Assembly: GCA_937872845.1 (NCBI GenBank) | Contig: CALMUC010000254.1 | Span: forward strand, 1-52,189 | Source of the DNA: an uncultured Lachnospiraceae bacterium | GTDB taxonomy: Bacteria; Bacillota; Clostridia; Lachnospirales; Lachnospiraceae | DNA: 52,189 bases | Direction: 5' to 3' | Shown here: piece by piece, positions 1 to 8,541 of the stretch | How positions within the stretch are numbered: the stretch's first letter is position 1 | Layout of the letters: each line of letters starts with the position of its first letter | Notes under the pieces: generated by a model | Database searches by the model: none | What the model saw: only the letters and a program-made list of their open reading frames with translations | What the model was told of the DNA's origin: nothing | Program-made: the position numbers and the translations under genes

Positions 1-214
1 CTATAGCGCAGAATTTCCCAATGATGAGCTTATCACCTAAAAATTCATAGTGATGCGTAACGTGCTCTTCAAAGCGCTCTGCACCACTGATATCGTCATA
101 GTAGGTGTAATCACCGATGACAATATTTGGGCGTGTGATTACATTTTTAATGTAGCATACGCTTTTTATTTTTTCATTCGGATAAATTGAATTTGGATCT
201 GGTCCATATTGCAT
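1..214 (-). CDS. vat: Streptogramin A O-acetyltransferase, Vat(B)-like (xenobiotic acetyltransferase family); N-terminal part only, runs off the window
   Basis: Not in the ORF track. My translation from ATG at 214 (RBS GAGGAG upstream) gives MQYGPDPNSIYPNEKIKSVCYIKNVITRPNIIVGDYTYYDDISGAERFEEHVTHHYEFLGDKLIIGKFCAI, very similar to the Vat(B) N-terminus as I recall it. Confidence 0.88.
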   Translation of the reverse strand, partial: MQYGPDPNSIYPNEKIKSVCYIKNVITRPNIVIGDYTYYDDISGAERFEEHVTHHYEFLGDKLIIGKFCAI

Positions 215-276
215 AAATAATTCTCCTCAAATGGGGCCTTGTGTTTAATCTCAAGGACATATTGAAATCTGTTCAG

Positions 277-771
277 TTACTTATATTCCTTCGGAATAGG
301 AACATTAAATCTTTCGCATAGTAACCTTACGTCATGAATATCATTTTCATCATGCTCATATCCCATGTGAAATAAAACTTGATTTTCAGCATCTATACAC
401 TTTACAACTTTATCACCTATTTTCCCAATGCCACTAAACACGTTTGGTGGATACGTTTCACCTTCAAAAACAAGGTATCCTTGTTCGTTGAATTCAAATA
501 CATGAAGATCGATTATCCTGTCTTTAGCGTCCTTCCAAACCGTGTGATTTGTAGTGGTATATGCTTCAATAACTTCAGCAAAGCCTTTTTCTTTCAATAT
601 TTCAATAAAATCTTTGCTGTTTTTTTCTTCCACAAATAAATCAATATCGTTGTGGAACCTTGTTTCTTCTCCTAATAGAGCATCAACTCCCCAGCCACCA
701 TCTAACCAAATGGCAATCCCATTTTCTTCGGCGTATAAAATTATCTCAATGGCATCTTTTTTATTTACCAT
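277..771 (-). CDS. lnu: Lincosamide nucleotidyltransferase, Lnu(D)-like (Lnu(A)/(C)/(D) family)
   Basis: 164 aa with WLDGGWGVDALLG..TR.HNDIDLF, IIDLH and QVLFH.GYE.DEND.HDV motifs; RBS GGAGGAG upstream. Closest to Lnu(D) from memory. Confidence 0.9.
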   Translation of the reverse strand: MVNKKDAIEIILYAEENGIAIWLDGGWGVDALLGEETRFHNDIDLFVEEKNSKDFIEILKEKGFAEVIEAYTTTNHTVWKDAKDRIIDLHVFEFNEQGYLVFEGETYPPNVFSGIGKIGDKVVKCIDAENQVLFHMGYEHDENDIHDVRLLCERFNVPIPKEYK

Positions 772-826
772 GCAACTCCTCCGTTCAAATTCTAATTTAT
801 CGCTACAATAGCAACGTTTTTAACCA

Positions 827-944
827 ACATCCAACCTGACCACACAACCTCGAAAATTCCCGAAAAAACATCTAATCTGACCACTCGCGACCCTTGATAT
901 CTAACCTGACCACTCGCGGGGCTATGACATCTAACCTGACCACT
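827..944. repeat. Four direct repeats, consensus A(C/T)ATC(T/C)AA(C/T)CTGACCAC
   Basis: Copies start at 827 (acatccaacctgaccac), 868 (acatctaatctgaccactcgcg), 897 (atatctaacctgaccactcgcg) and 927 (acatctaacctgaccact). Start-to-start spacings are 41, 29 and 30 bp. Confidence 0.95.
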
Positions 945-1034
945 TGACTATCAAAAAGTGCCTTTATGGACTTGTTTCCGCGAAGCGATATTTTCATGTT
1001 CTTCGCTCAATGGGTTTCACACCCATGTGTGCTA

Positions 1035-1057
1035 AAACCCTTGATATATCAGGGTTT
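1035..1057. repeat. Imperfect palindrome AAACCC-T-TGATATATCA-GGGTTT just downstream of the rlmD stop
   Basis: Directly visible inverted repeat. Two smaller hairpins lie at 980-1006 and 1010-1026. Confidence 0.7.
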
Positions 1058-1069
1058 CCGGACTTCATG

Positions 1070-2569
1070 CTATTTTACCCTTGTTATCAATACTACCGTC
1101 TCAACGTGGCATGTTTGTGCAAAATTATCTGCACAGCATCCTTTTTTCATCCTGTACCCGGCTTTATAAAACAGCTCAAGGTCTCTTAACAATGATGTTG
1201 GCTTACAACTTATATAAACTATATTTTTTACCCCATAGTCTATTATCTTATTCAGTGCTTTGGGATTGACCCCATCTCTCGGTGGATCAAGGATAATAAA
1301 ATCCGGTTTTTCTTCTATATCATCCAATTTTTTCAGAACATCGCCGCAAATAAATTCACAATTTTTCAGCTTATTGAGTTTTGCATTACTTCTTGCACTT
1401 TCAACTGCTTCCGGAATAATTTCAACACCGACAACCTTATTTGCAACTGGCGCCATAAGCTGCGCAATAGTCCCGGTTCCTGAATACAGGTCGAAAATTG
1501 TATCAGCGAGCAGTTCCGACGATTCATTGTTTTTGCATGCAAATTTTACATATTCACGCACCTTTGCATACAGGATTTCTGCACCTTTTGTATTTGTCTG
1601 AAAAAATGAAAATGGTGTTATCTTGAATTCAAGTCCCAGAACCTTTTCCATCAGATAATCATCGCCATAAAGATGCATTACTTTTTCCGGCACTATTGCA
1701 TCCGAAAATGAATCATTTTCTGTATATACAATACCTGCAAGATGATTATATCCTTCCAGCGAACGAATTTTATCGCTTTCAAAAAGCTGTGTCATTCCAT
1801 TAACCCATTCATCCAGATTCATCTGGACAAGAGCTTCATTTACTCCGCTTTCTTCCTTTGGAACATTTAAATCTTCTCTTGTCGTTGTGACAAGATTTAC
1901 CATAATCCCGCCATCTGATGAACTTTGTCTGATTACAAGGTTTCTAAGTATCCCGCAGTGCTGCATTTTATGGTAAAATGGCACTTTTTTATCACGAAAA
2001 TATTTCACAGTATATTTAAGAATCTCATTCCAGGCAGGACGCACAATTGCACACGAATCTATCGAAAGAATATCATAACTGCTGCCTTGCCTGTGAAGTC
2101 CAAGTGTCAGCGGGCCATATTGTTCTGCATCTCCAAATGTAAATTCCATTTTATTTTTATAATGAAATGGATCCGGAGATGGTAAAATTCCTTCCCATTC
2201 AAAATCACGACCTATATAAGGCAAGAGCATTTCCTTCACCATTTTTTCTTTGATTTCCAGTTGTTTTTCATATGCTACAGTCTGATAAGTACAGCCACCG
2301 CATTCATAAAAATGATTACATAGCGGCATTCTTGTTACAAGCGGCGATTCTGTGACTATTCTTTCAAATATTCCATCAGCTGAATCAGCACGCTTTTTCT
2401 TTATCTTAACCTCAACCTCTGCACCGGGAAGAACTTCCTTACCTTTCGTTGTTATTTTTCTTGTTATATCTTCTCCTGTATCCGGATTTTTTTCTGTAAA
2501 AAGAAAGCTTCCCTTATTTGGGAAGCTATAACTTGAAATTGTTCCTCTGATTATATCGCCTTTTTTCAT
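1070..2569 (-). CDS. rlmD: 23S rRNA (uracil-1939-C5)-methyltransferase RlmD/RumA
   Basis: C..F..CGGC Fe-S motif, SFFQTN, DLYSGTGTI SAM-binding motif, LDPPRDG, catalytic YISC, HVETVV end. Start moved to MKKGDII (ATG 2569, RBS AAGGAA). Confidence 0.93.
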   Translation of the reverse strand: MKKGDIIRGTISSYSFPNKGSFLFTEKNPDTGEDITRKITTKGKEVLPGAEVEVKIKKKRADSADGIFERIVTESPLVTRMPLCNHFYECGGCTYQTVAYEKQLEIKEKMVKEMLLPYIGRDFEWEGILPSPDPFHYKNKMEFTFGDAEQYGPLTLGLHRQGSSYDILSIDSCAIVRPAWNEILKYTVKYFRDKKVPFYHKMQHCGILRNLVIRQSSSDGGIMVNLVTTTREDLNVPKEESGVNEALVQMNLDEWVNGMTQLFESDKIRSLEGYNHLAGIVYTENDSFSDAIVPEKVMHLYGDDYLMEKVLGLEFKITPFSFFQTNTKGAEILYAKVREYVKFACKNNESSELLADTIFDLYSGTGTIAQLMAPVANKVVGVEIIPEAVESARSNAKLNKLKNCEFICGDVLKKLDDIEEKPDFIILDPPRDGVNPKALNKIIDYGVKNIVYISCKPTSLLRDLELFYKAGYRMKKGCCADNFAQTCHVETVVLITRVK

Positions 2570-2582
2570 ATGTAATTCCTTT

Positions 2583-3080
2583 TTATAAAAGTTTTTTCCA
2601 TTCAGCCGTATATTTTCCGTCATCTTCCATCATAACTATAATGTATCCCTGAGCACTTCCGCCTCTCGGAAGTGAAATACTGCCAGGATTCATAATTCTT
2701 ATTCCTCTGTCATCTATATCACACGGAACATGTGTATGTCCATAAAACACAATATCGCATCCATCCTGCGCTGCCTGATATGAAATAATCCCGACTCCTC
2801 TTTCTGCCGAATGCCTGTGTCCATGCACCACCATTATTTTATGTCCATACATTTCAAACTCAGCCATCTCCTGAACATTTTTTGCCAGACTCCAGTCGCA
2901 ATTACCTCTTACGAAAATAACCGGCACCAAAGGTACTCCAGCCCATAAACGAATCTCATCCCAGCCGTGTTCTACATCTCCACAATGTATCAGCATGTCT
3001 GGTTTTTCAAGATCAAGTGCTTTTTTTACATTTTCATTTACTCCATGAGAATCGCTCATAACAAGTATTTTCTTTGCCAT
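2583..3080 (-). CDS. YfcE/YsnB-family metallophosphoesterase
   Basis: SDSHG, HCGD, VRGNCD, HGH, GHTH and NPGSIS motifs; lies next to rdgB. Confidence 0.9.
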   Translation of the reverse strand: MAKKILVMSDSHGVNENVKKALDLEKPDMLIHCGDVEHGWDEIRLWAGVPLVPVIFVRGNCDWSLAKNVQEMAEFEMYGHKIMVVHGHRHSAERGVGIISYQAAQDGCDIVFYGHTHVPCDIDDRGIRIMNPGSISLPRGGSAQGYIIVMMEDDGKYTAEWKKLL

Positions 3081-3184
3081 TTTATATCATCTTTCCATTT
3101 TATATCTTTTTTTGATTTATATAATCTTTACAATTTATAATATTTTTTGAATTTATATTGTCTTTCAAGTTTGTATTCTGTCTT

Positions 3185-3883
3185 TTATTCGGTTACTTTT
3201 TCGTTTGTTCCTTCATCCATAAGAAGTTCTCTTATTGCACGAAGTGCCTGTCCGCGATGACTGATTTCATTTTTTTGTTCAGGTGAAATTTCTGCAGAAG
3301 TTCTGCCAAATTGTGGCAAATAGAATATAGGGTCATAACCAAAGCCATTCTTACCAGCGCTCTGATGTGCGATCTTCCCCTCCATAACTCCTGTGCGCGT
3401 CTCGCACCTTCCATCAGGAAAAACTGCAGCTATTGCGCAGACGAATCTTGCTGTTCTATCTGCTTCTGCAACATTTTCCATTCTCTTAATGAGATTATTG
3501 TTCTTTATAAGATATGGTGTATCATGTCCCATATATCTCGCTGAATAAATTCCTGGTTCTTTATTCAGTGCATCTATCTCAAGTCCTGAATCATCAGCAA
3601 GTACTATAGCATCTTTCCACGATGCAATTGCTGCACGCTTATCAATGCTGATTTTTCCATGCTTGCCCTTCATTGGTCCTGATTCACTTGCTGCCAAAAT
3701 AAAATTATATACAGCTTTGGCTTTGATAACAGCGTTCTCTTCAAATGTATCGCCATCTTCAACTATGTCCATATTGATGCCAGCTTCTTTCATTGAAACA
3801 ACTTCATATCCAAGTCCCTCAAGAATTTCACGAATTTCCACCAATTTATTCTCATTTCCCGTTGCAAATACAATTCTTTTCAT
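3185..3883 (-). CDS. rdgB: Non-canonical purine NTP pyrophosphatase (RdgB/HAM1)
   Basis: FATGNENK, ENAVIKA, ADDSGL, PGIYSARY, GFGYDPIF and KNEISHRG motifs. Confidence 0.93.
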   Translation of the reverse strand: MKRIVFATGNENKLVEIREILEGLGYEVVSMKEAGINMDIVEDGDTFEENAVIKAKAVYNFILAASESGPMKGKHGKISIDKRAAIASWKDAIVLADDSGLEIDALNKEPGIYSARYMGHDTPYLIKNNNLIKRMENVAEADRTARFVCAIAAVFPDGRCETRTGVMEGKIAHQSAGKNGFGYDPIFYLPQFGRTSAEISPEQKNEISHRGQALRAIRELLMDEGTNEKVTE

Positions 3884-4043
3884 TGTTATCTCCTATAAAA
3901 TTTATAATTTTTTTGCAAAACCACATTTCTAAAAAACAAGCAATCTGTGCTATGACGCTGCCTGCTTATTTTCTTCAGGTGTAGACATCATGTTCTATTT
4001 CGTGCAGGCATGAATCGAAATGGTTCTTTAACCTGTAATCATA

Positions 4044-5726
4044 TTATCTGTTATCGGTGAAAGCTTTTAAACAAATATTGCAGTCAGAGTCTTCTGCCCT
4101 ATGCCATTTAACTCCATTAAGGCTTGCATATCCCTCCCCGTCAGAAAGGTCAATATCTTCAGTCGCATCACCATTAGAGCACTCTACAGCAATAGGTTTT
4201 TTACTGCCTTTAGTCTGTATTTTTACTACAACTGCATACTTCTGTCTTTTTTTTATAATTGTATCATCTGAAAATTCGACAGTATAATATCCCGAATAAA
4301 TCTTGCTTCCACTGCATACATATATCATATTTTCAAAAGATTTTACATTCTTAAAATCCGGCACAATATATACTTCGTAACTTGTAGATTTACCTGTTGC
4401 ATAAAATGATACGGCCTTTATGCTTTCATCAGATTTTGCTGTATACACATTTGCAAAATATGCTGTATCATCTCCAAACCCTATTTGTCCTGTCCATCCA
4501 AGCAGATCACTCTGATATATATTATCATAATTATTATTTGCGTCTATTTTTGAATATAAAACACATCTTTGCCCAATATTTGAATCTGCATATGAAACAT
4601 AAAAATACCCATCATCTCCAAAATCTGTACCCCAGCTGTTTTTACAGATAAATGCTCCATCTGAAGATGGCCTGTTCGTAAAATTATCCTTCGAATAAGT
4701 GTCATCCCAACCAACAATAACCACATCGTGATTGGCAGATTCATTTCCACTATAATAATATGCCGCATTTTCCTCATTATAATATTTAGAGTTCTTGCCG
4801 CCATATGTAAGAGCCATATATATAGGAGCTTCAACTCCGCCATATTTAAAAATTGTATTTTTTATATCATAAAGACTTGCATCATTTAAAATAAGCGCTT
4901 CCTGAACATGTTCCGCTGACTCATAAACCGATTTATTACTGCCACTATACAAATAATCACTATCTGTAACAGGGCCTTTCCATGCTGCAAGATATGCAAT
5001 ACTCATTGTGCTCTCCCCTCCAGAAGAAAGTGTATATCCACAATTTTCAGACATATGATCAACTGAATATATATTTTTATTCATTGGCATTTCATCAGAC
5101 TCCAGTGCTCCCAGTGAAGCAAATGCCCAGCATGTACCGTTTTCCCCCTGATCTCTGACCTCAGTAACTCTGCCTTCCTTTCTCAAATCATACTTTTCCG
5201 GAAGATTTGTCTTTTCCGCTTCTTCACTTATATTCACCATATTTTCAGCATAAATATAATCACATGAATATCCTAAAAGTTTTATATTCTCCGAAATAGG
5301 AATATAGAGTTTTCCATTGATTTTCTTCGGAGCATCTTTGAGTTTAACAAGAGTTCCATTTGCATAAGAACTTTTTCTTCCATCTTTATATTCTATTCTC
5401 TCTTCATTGCATTCAAGCATTATCCTGCCACTTGGATATAATACAACCGAACATCCGATTGTACCTTCAAGAAACTCTTCAGACGCCATAATTTCCATAT
5501 TTTGACCTGTCATGACATCTGATTTATTATTATTTACATTGTCTCCCTTGAAGTTTAATAACACTTGATTTTCTGTACTGTATTTTTCCTGTTCTTTGCA
5601 AATTTCATTTGCTGCATTCTGAACATTTTCACCCGCTTCTACGTGATAATCATGATTATATGATAAACGCAAAACAACTGCCACAAATAATCCTGCTGCC
5701 ATGACAAATAAAATTATGCGTTTCAT
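4044..5726 (-). CDS. Secreted or membrane-anchored papain-family (C1A) cysteine protease with a C-terminal lectin-like domain
   Basis: QGENGTCWAF (catalytic Cys), NHDVVIVGW (His), KNSWG (Asn); N-terminal hydrophobic segment. Start probably MKRIILF at 5726 (track start 5816). Confidence 0.85.
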   Translation of the reverse strand: MKRIILFVMAAGLFVAVVLRLSYNHDYHVEAGENVQNAANEICKEQEKYSTENQVLLNFKGDNVNNNKSDVMTGQNMEIMASEEFLEGTIGCSVVLYPSGRIMLECNEERIEYKDGRKSSYANGTLVKLKDAPKKINGKLYIPISENIKLLGYSCDYIYAENMVNISEEAEKTNLPEKYDLRKEGRVTEVRDQGENGTCWAFASLGALESDEMPMNKNIYSVDHMSENCGYTLSSGGESTMSIAYLAAWKGPVTDSDYLYSGSNKSVYESAEHVQEALILNDASLYDIKNTIFKYGGVEAPIYMALTYGGKNSKYYNEENAAYYYSGNESANHDVVIVGWDDTYSKDNFTNRPSSDGAFICKNSWGTDFGDDGYFYVSYADSNIGQRCVLYSKIDANNNYDNIYQSDLLGWTGQIGFGDDTAYFANVYTAKSDESIKAVSFYATGKSTSYEVYIVPDFKNVKSFENMIYVCSGSKIYSGYYTVEFSDDTIIKKRQKYAVVVKIQTKGSKKPIAVECSNGDATEDIDLSDGEGYASLNGVKWHRAEDSDCNICLKAFTDNR

Positions 5727-5828
5727 TATTATTTTCCCTGTATATGCAGATGCTCCTGTCCCGCTTTTCATAACACTTTTCATACCATTTCCCCAAAAAT
5801 ATATATTCCCACACAAAACTTTATAATT

Positions 5829-6983
5829 TTATCTGCCTTTTACCGGTTTCGGTCCCATGAACTGATAAAAATATGCTTTTATCATACCATTATAAATTTT
5901 ACGATTTTTATCAGCTTTTCTGCCGATATATTTTTCTGCATCTTCATAAGAAGTAATTATGAACATCGACCATTTATCAAGTTTACTGAAGCTTTCGCCT
6001 ATTGCCGAATAAAGTTCAGGCAAGTCAGCCTTATCTTCAAGCCTCTCTCCATAAGGCGGATTTGTTACTATAAAGCCATATTCTTTCTGACTGCTGACAT
6101 CTCTTACATCTTTATTTTCAAATTGAATATATTTGCCTACCCCTGCTGCTTCAGCATTAGCTCTTGCGCAACGCACAATTTCAGCATCAATATCTGACCC
6201 TCTGAGAAACATTCCGGGAACATCTTCTATTACCTGCGACTTTGCTTCTTCCCTTGCTTCATTCCATTTTTTCTCTGAAATGATTTTTGTCCATTTTTCA
6301 GAAACAAACTCACGATTAATTCCCGGAGCTATATTTGCTCCGATCATAGCCGCTTCAATCGGAAATGTACCACTTCCGCAAAACGGATCAATAAACGGTC
6401 TGTCACTTTTCCATGGAGTATTAAGAAGAAGTGCTGCGGCAAGTGTTTCAGATATCGGAGCCTTACCGACAAATGTACGATATCCCCTTTTATGAAGTGA
6501 AACACCTGACGTATCAATCCCGACTGTAACTATATCCTTTTTTATAAATATTCTTACCGGATAATCCGCTCCATCTTCTGAAAATCTCTTCACAAAATAT
6601 GTCTGACTCATCCTTTCGACCATTGCCTTTTTTGCAATTGCCTGAATTGATGTAGCAGCAAAAAGTTTACTTTTATTTGTTGTGGCTTTAGTCACCCAGA
6701 ACCTTGCATTTCTTGGCAGAAATCTCTCCCATGGTATATCTCTTATTCCATCATATAATTCATCAAATGTCTCAGCCTTAAAACTGCCACACTTCAGCAT
6801 CACTCTTTCTGTTGTCCTGAGAAATATATTTGATCTCGCAACAGCACCGGCATCTCCGCTAAATGTAACCCTTCCATCTTCTACTTCTGTGATCTGATAT
6901 CCTATATTCTGAATTTCTCTCTTCAACACCGCTTCCATACCAAAATGACACGGAGCGATAAATTCAAACATTTCATTTTCCAT
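5829..6983 (-). CDS. THUMP-domain RNA methyltransferase (YpsC/RlmL-like)
   Basis: SLHKRGYR, APISETLAA, DPFCGSGT and TNPPYGER motifs. Start MENEMF has RBS GGAGG. Confidence 0.9.
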   Translation of the reverse strand: MENEMFEFIAPCHFGMEAVLKREIQNIGYQITEVEDGRVTFSGDAGAVARSNIFLRTTERVMLKCGSFKAETFDELYDGIRDIPWERFLPRNARFWVTKATTNKSKLFAATSIQAIAKKAMVERMSQTYFVKRFSEDGADYPVRIFIKKDIVTVGIDTSGVSLHKRGYRTFVGKAPISETLAAALLLNTPWKSDRPFIDPFCGSGTFPIEAAMIGANIAPGINREFVSEKWTKIISEKKWNEAREEAKSQVIEDVPGMFLRGSDIDAEIVRCARANAEAAGVGKYIQFENKDVRDVSSQKEYGFIVTNPPYGERLEDKADLPELYSAIGESFSKLDKWSMFIITSYEDAEKYIGRKADKNRKIYNGMIKAYFYQFMGPKPVKGR

Positions 6984-7139
6984 TAACAGAACCTCCACTT
7001 TCCACTTTCTCGGGAATATAATAATTATATATTCATTCCTTTTGAAATCACCTGTTTTCTAGTATAATGGTGTCGAAGATACATTTCTACACGCATTGTT
7101 GATGTTTTGAATTTAAATTGAACATAGAAAGGACTGCCT

Positions 7140-8465
7140 ATGTGGTATGACGAATCAGTATTTTATCAGATTTACCCTCTCGGTTTTTGCAGTGCTCCAT
7201 TTGAAAATGACGGAGAACTTAAACACAGAATATTAAAAGTATGCGAGTGGATTCCTCATATGAAAAAGCTTGGCATTAACACGATTTACTTTTCCCCCGT
7301 TTTTGAATCAGATACACATGGCTATAACACCCGCGATTATGGGTTGATTGACCGGCGCCTTGGAACAAATGAAGACTTTAAAAAAGTCGTTGATACTCTT
7401 CACGAAAACGACATTCGTGTCGTGCTTGATGGCGTATTTAACCATGTAGGACGAGGTTTCTGGGCTTTTAAAGATGTACAGGAGAAAAAATGGGATTCAC
7501 CATATAAGGACTGGTTTCATTTGTCATTTGACGGGAATTCAAACTATAATGACGGATTCTGGTACGAAGGATGGGAGGGGAATTTTGATCTGGTCAAGCT
7601 AAATCTTCAAAATCCCGCTGTAACTGAGCACATTTTTGATAAAGTAAAATATTGGATAGATTATTTCAATATTGACGGTCTTCGTCTTGATGTTGCATAT
7701 TGCCTTGATAAAGGCTTTATACATAATCTTCATGAATTTACAAACAGCCAGAAACCGGATTTCTTACTTCTGGGTGAACTTATGTTTGGGAACTATAATG
7801 ACTTTGTAGGTCCCGGAATGCTTGATTCCTGCACAAACTATGCATGCTATAAAGGTCTTTACTCAAGCTTTAACTCTATGAACCTCTTCGAAATCATGAA
7901 TAATGTCATTCAGTTCTTCGGACCTGAGAACTGGAGCTGGTATCGTGGGAAGAATCTCCTTAATTTTACAGATAATCATGATGTTACGCGTGCCGCATCT
8001 ATACTTAGCAATCCGGCTCACCTGCCACTTATATATGCCCTTATGTTTGGAATTCCTGGAATTCCATGCATTTACTATGGCAGCGAATGGGGTGCAAAAG
8101 CAAGAAAAGAAGATGGTGATCCGGCTCTCAGAGTATCATTTGAAAATCCGGAATGGAACAGCCTGACAACACTTATACGTCGTCTTTCTGAAATACATAA
8201 AACTCATAAAGCCCTTCAGTATGGCTCATTCAGAAGTATTCTTCTTACAAACCATCAATGTATTTTTGAAAGAAAATATGATGACGGGCACGGCTGTCAA
8301 GAGAGAATTCTTGTCGCCATAAATGCCGGTGACTATGACTTTACTGCACATTTTGATGCCGGATGCGGACTTGCTGATGAACTGATTACAGATACAAAAC
8401 AAGATTTCGGCGGAGGTTCAATTCTTTCTCCATACTCAGCAAAATTCTGGTTAATGGAAAAATAG
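7140..8465 (+). CDS. GH13 alpha-amylase family glycosidase (neopullulanase/cyclomaltodextrinase-like)
   Basis: FYQIYP, HGY, LDGVFNH, GLRLDVA (nucleophile), GE (acid/base), DNHD and GIPCIYYGSE motifs. Confidence 0.88.
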   Translation: MWYDESVFYQIYPLGFCSAPFENDGELKHRILKVCEWIPHMKKLGINTIYFSPVFESDTHGYNTRDYGLIDRRLGTNEDFKKVVDTLHENDIRVVLDGVFNHVGRGFWAFKDVQEKKWDSPYKDWFHLSFDGNSNYNDGFWYEGWEGNFDLVKLNLQNPAVTEHIFDKVKYWIDYFNIDGLRLDVAYCLDKGFIHNLHEFTNSQKPDFLLLGELMFGNYNDFVGPGMLDSCTNYACYKGLYSSFNSMNLFEIMNNVIQFFGPENWSWYRGKNLLNFTDNHDVTRAASILSNPAHLPLIYALMFGIPGIPCIYYGSEWGAKARKEDGDPALRVSFENPEWNSLTTLIRRLSEIHKTHKALQYGSFRSILLTNHQCIFERKYDDGHGCQERILVAINAGDYDFTAHFDAGCGLADELITDTKQDFGGGSILSPYSAKFWLMEK

Positions 8466-8483
8466 TTTTATATATAAAAAATG

Positions 8484-8521
8484 AAGTTTCAGTTACTCAA
8501 ATTTTCGGGTAACTGAAACTT
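8484..8521. terminator. Bidirectional terminator-like hairpin between convergent genes
   Basis: aagtttcagttac...gtaactgaaactt inverted repeat. Confidence 0.75.
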
Positions 8522-8541
8522 ACTGTAAAAATAAAAAATTT

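Larger units (their letters stand above)
1..953. mobile_element. Putative end of a Tn7/Tn5053-like (TnsB-type DDE) transposon or related element carrying lnu and vat; continues left of the window
   Basis: Read inward, the end is TGATAGTC-AAGTGGTCAGGTTAGATGTC: a TG terminus, an 8-bp terminal segment, then repeated transposase-type sites. Resistance genes lie immediately inside. No transposase is visible in the window. Confidence 0.55.

Noticed and set aside
827..944. CRISPR array interpretation of the direct repeats
   Set aside because: Repeats are only 17-22 bp, intervening segments are about 7-24 bp and irregular, and no cas genes are visible.
944..1269. Short plus-strand ORFs (944..1189, 966..1169, 1081..1269)
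   Set aside because: They are antisense to the rlmD 3' end, with no recognisable motif or RBS.
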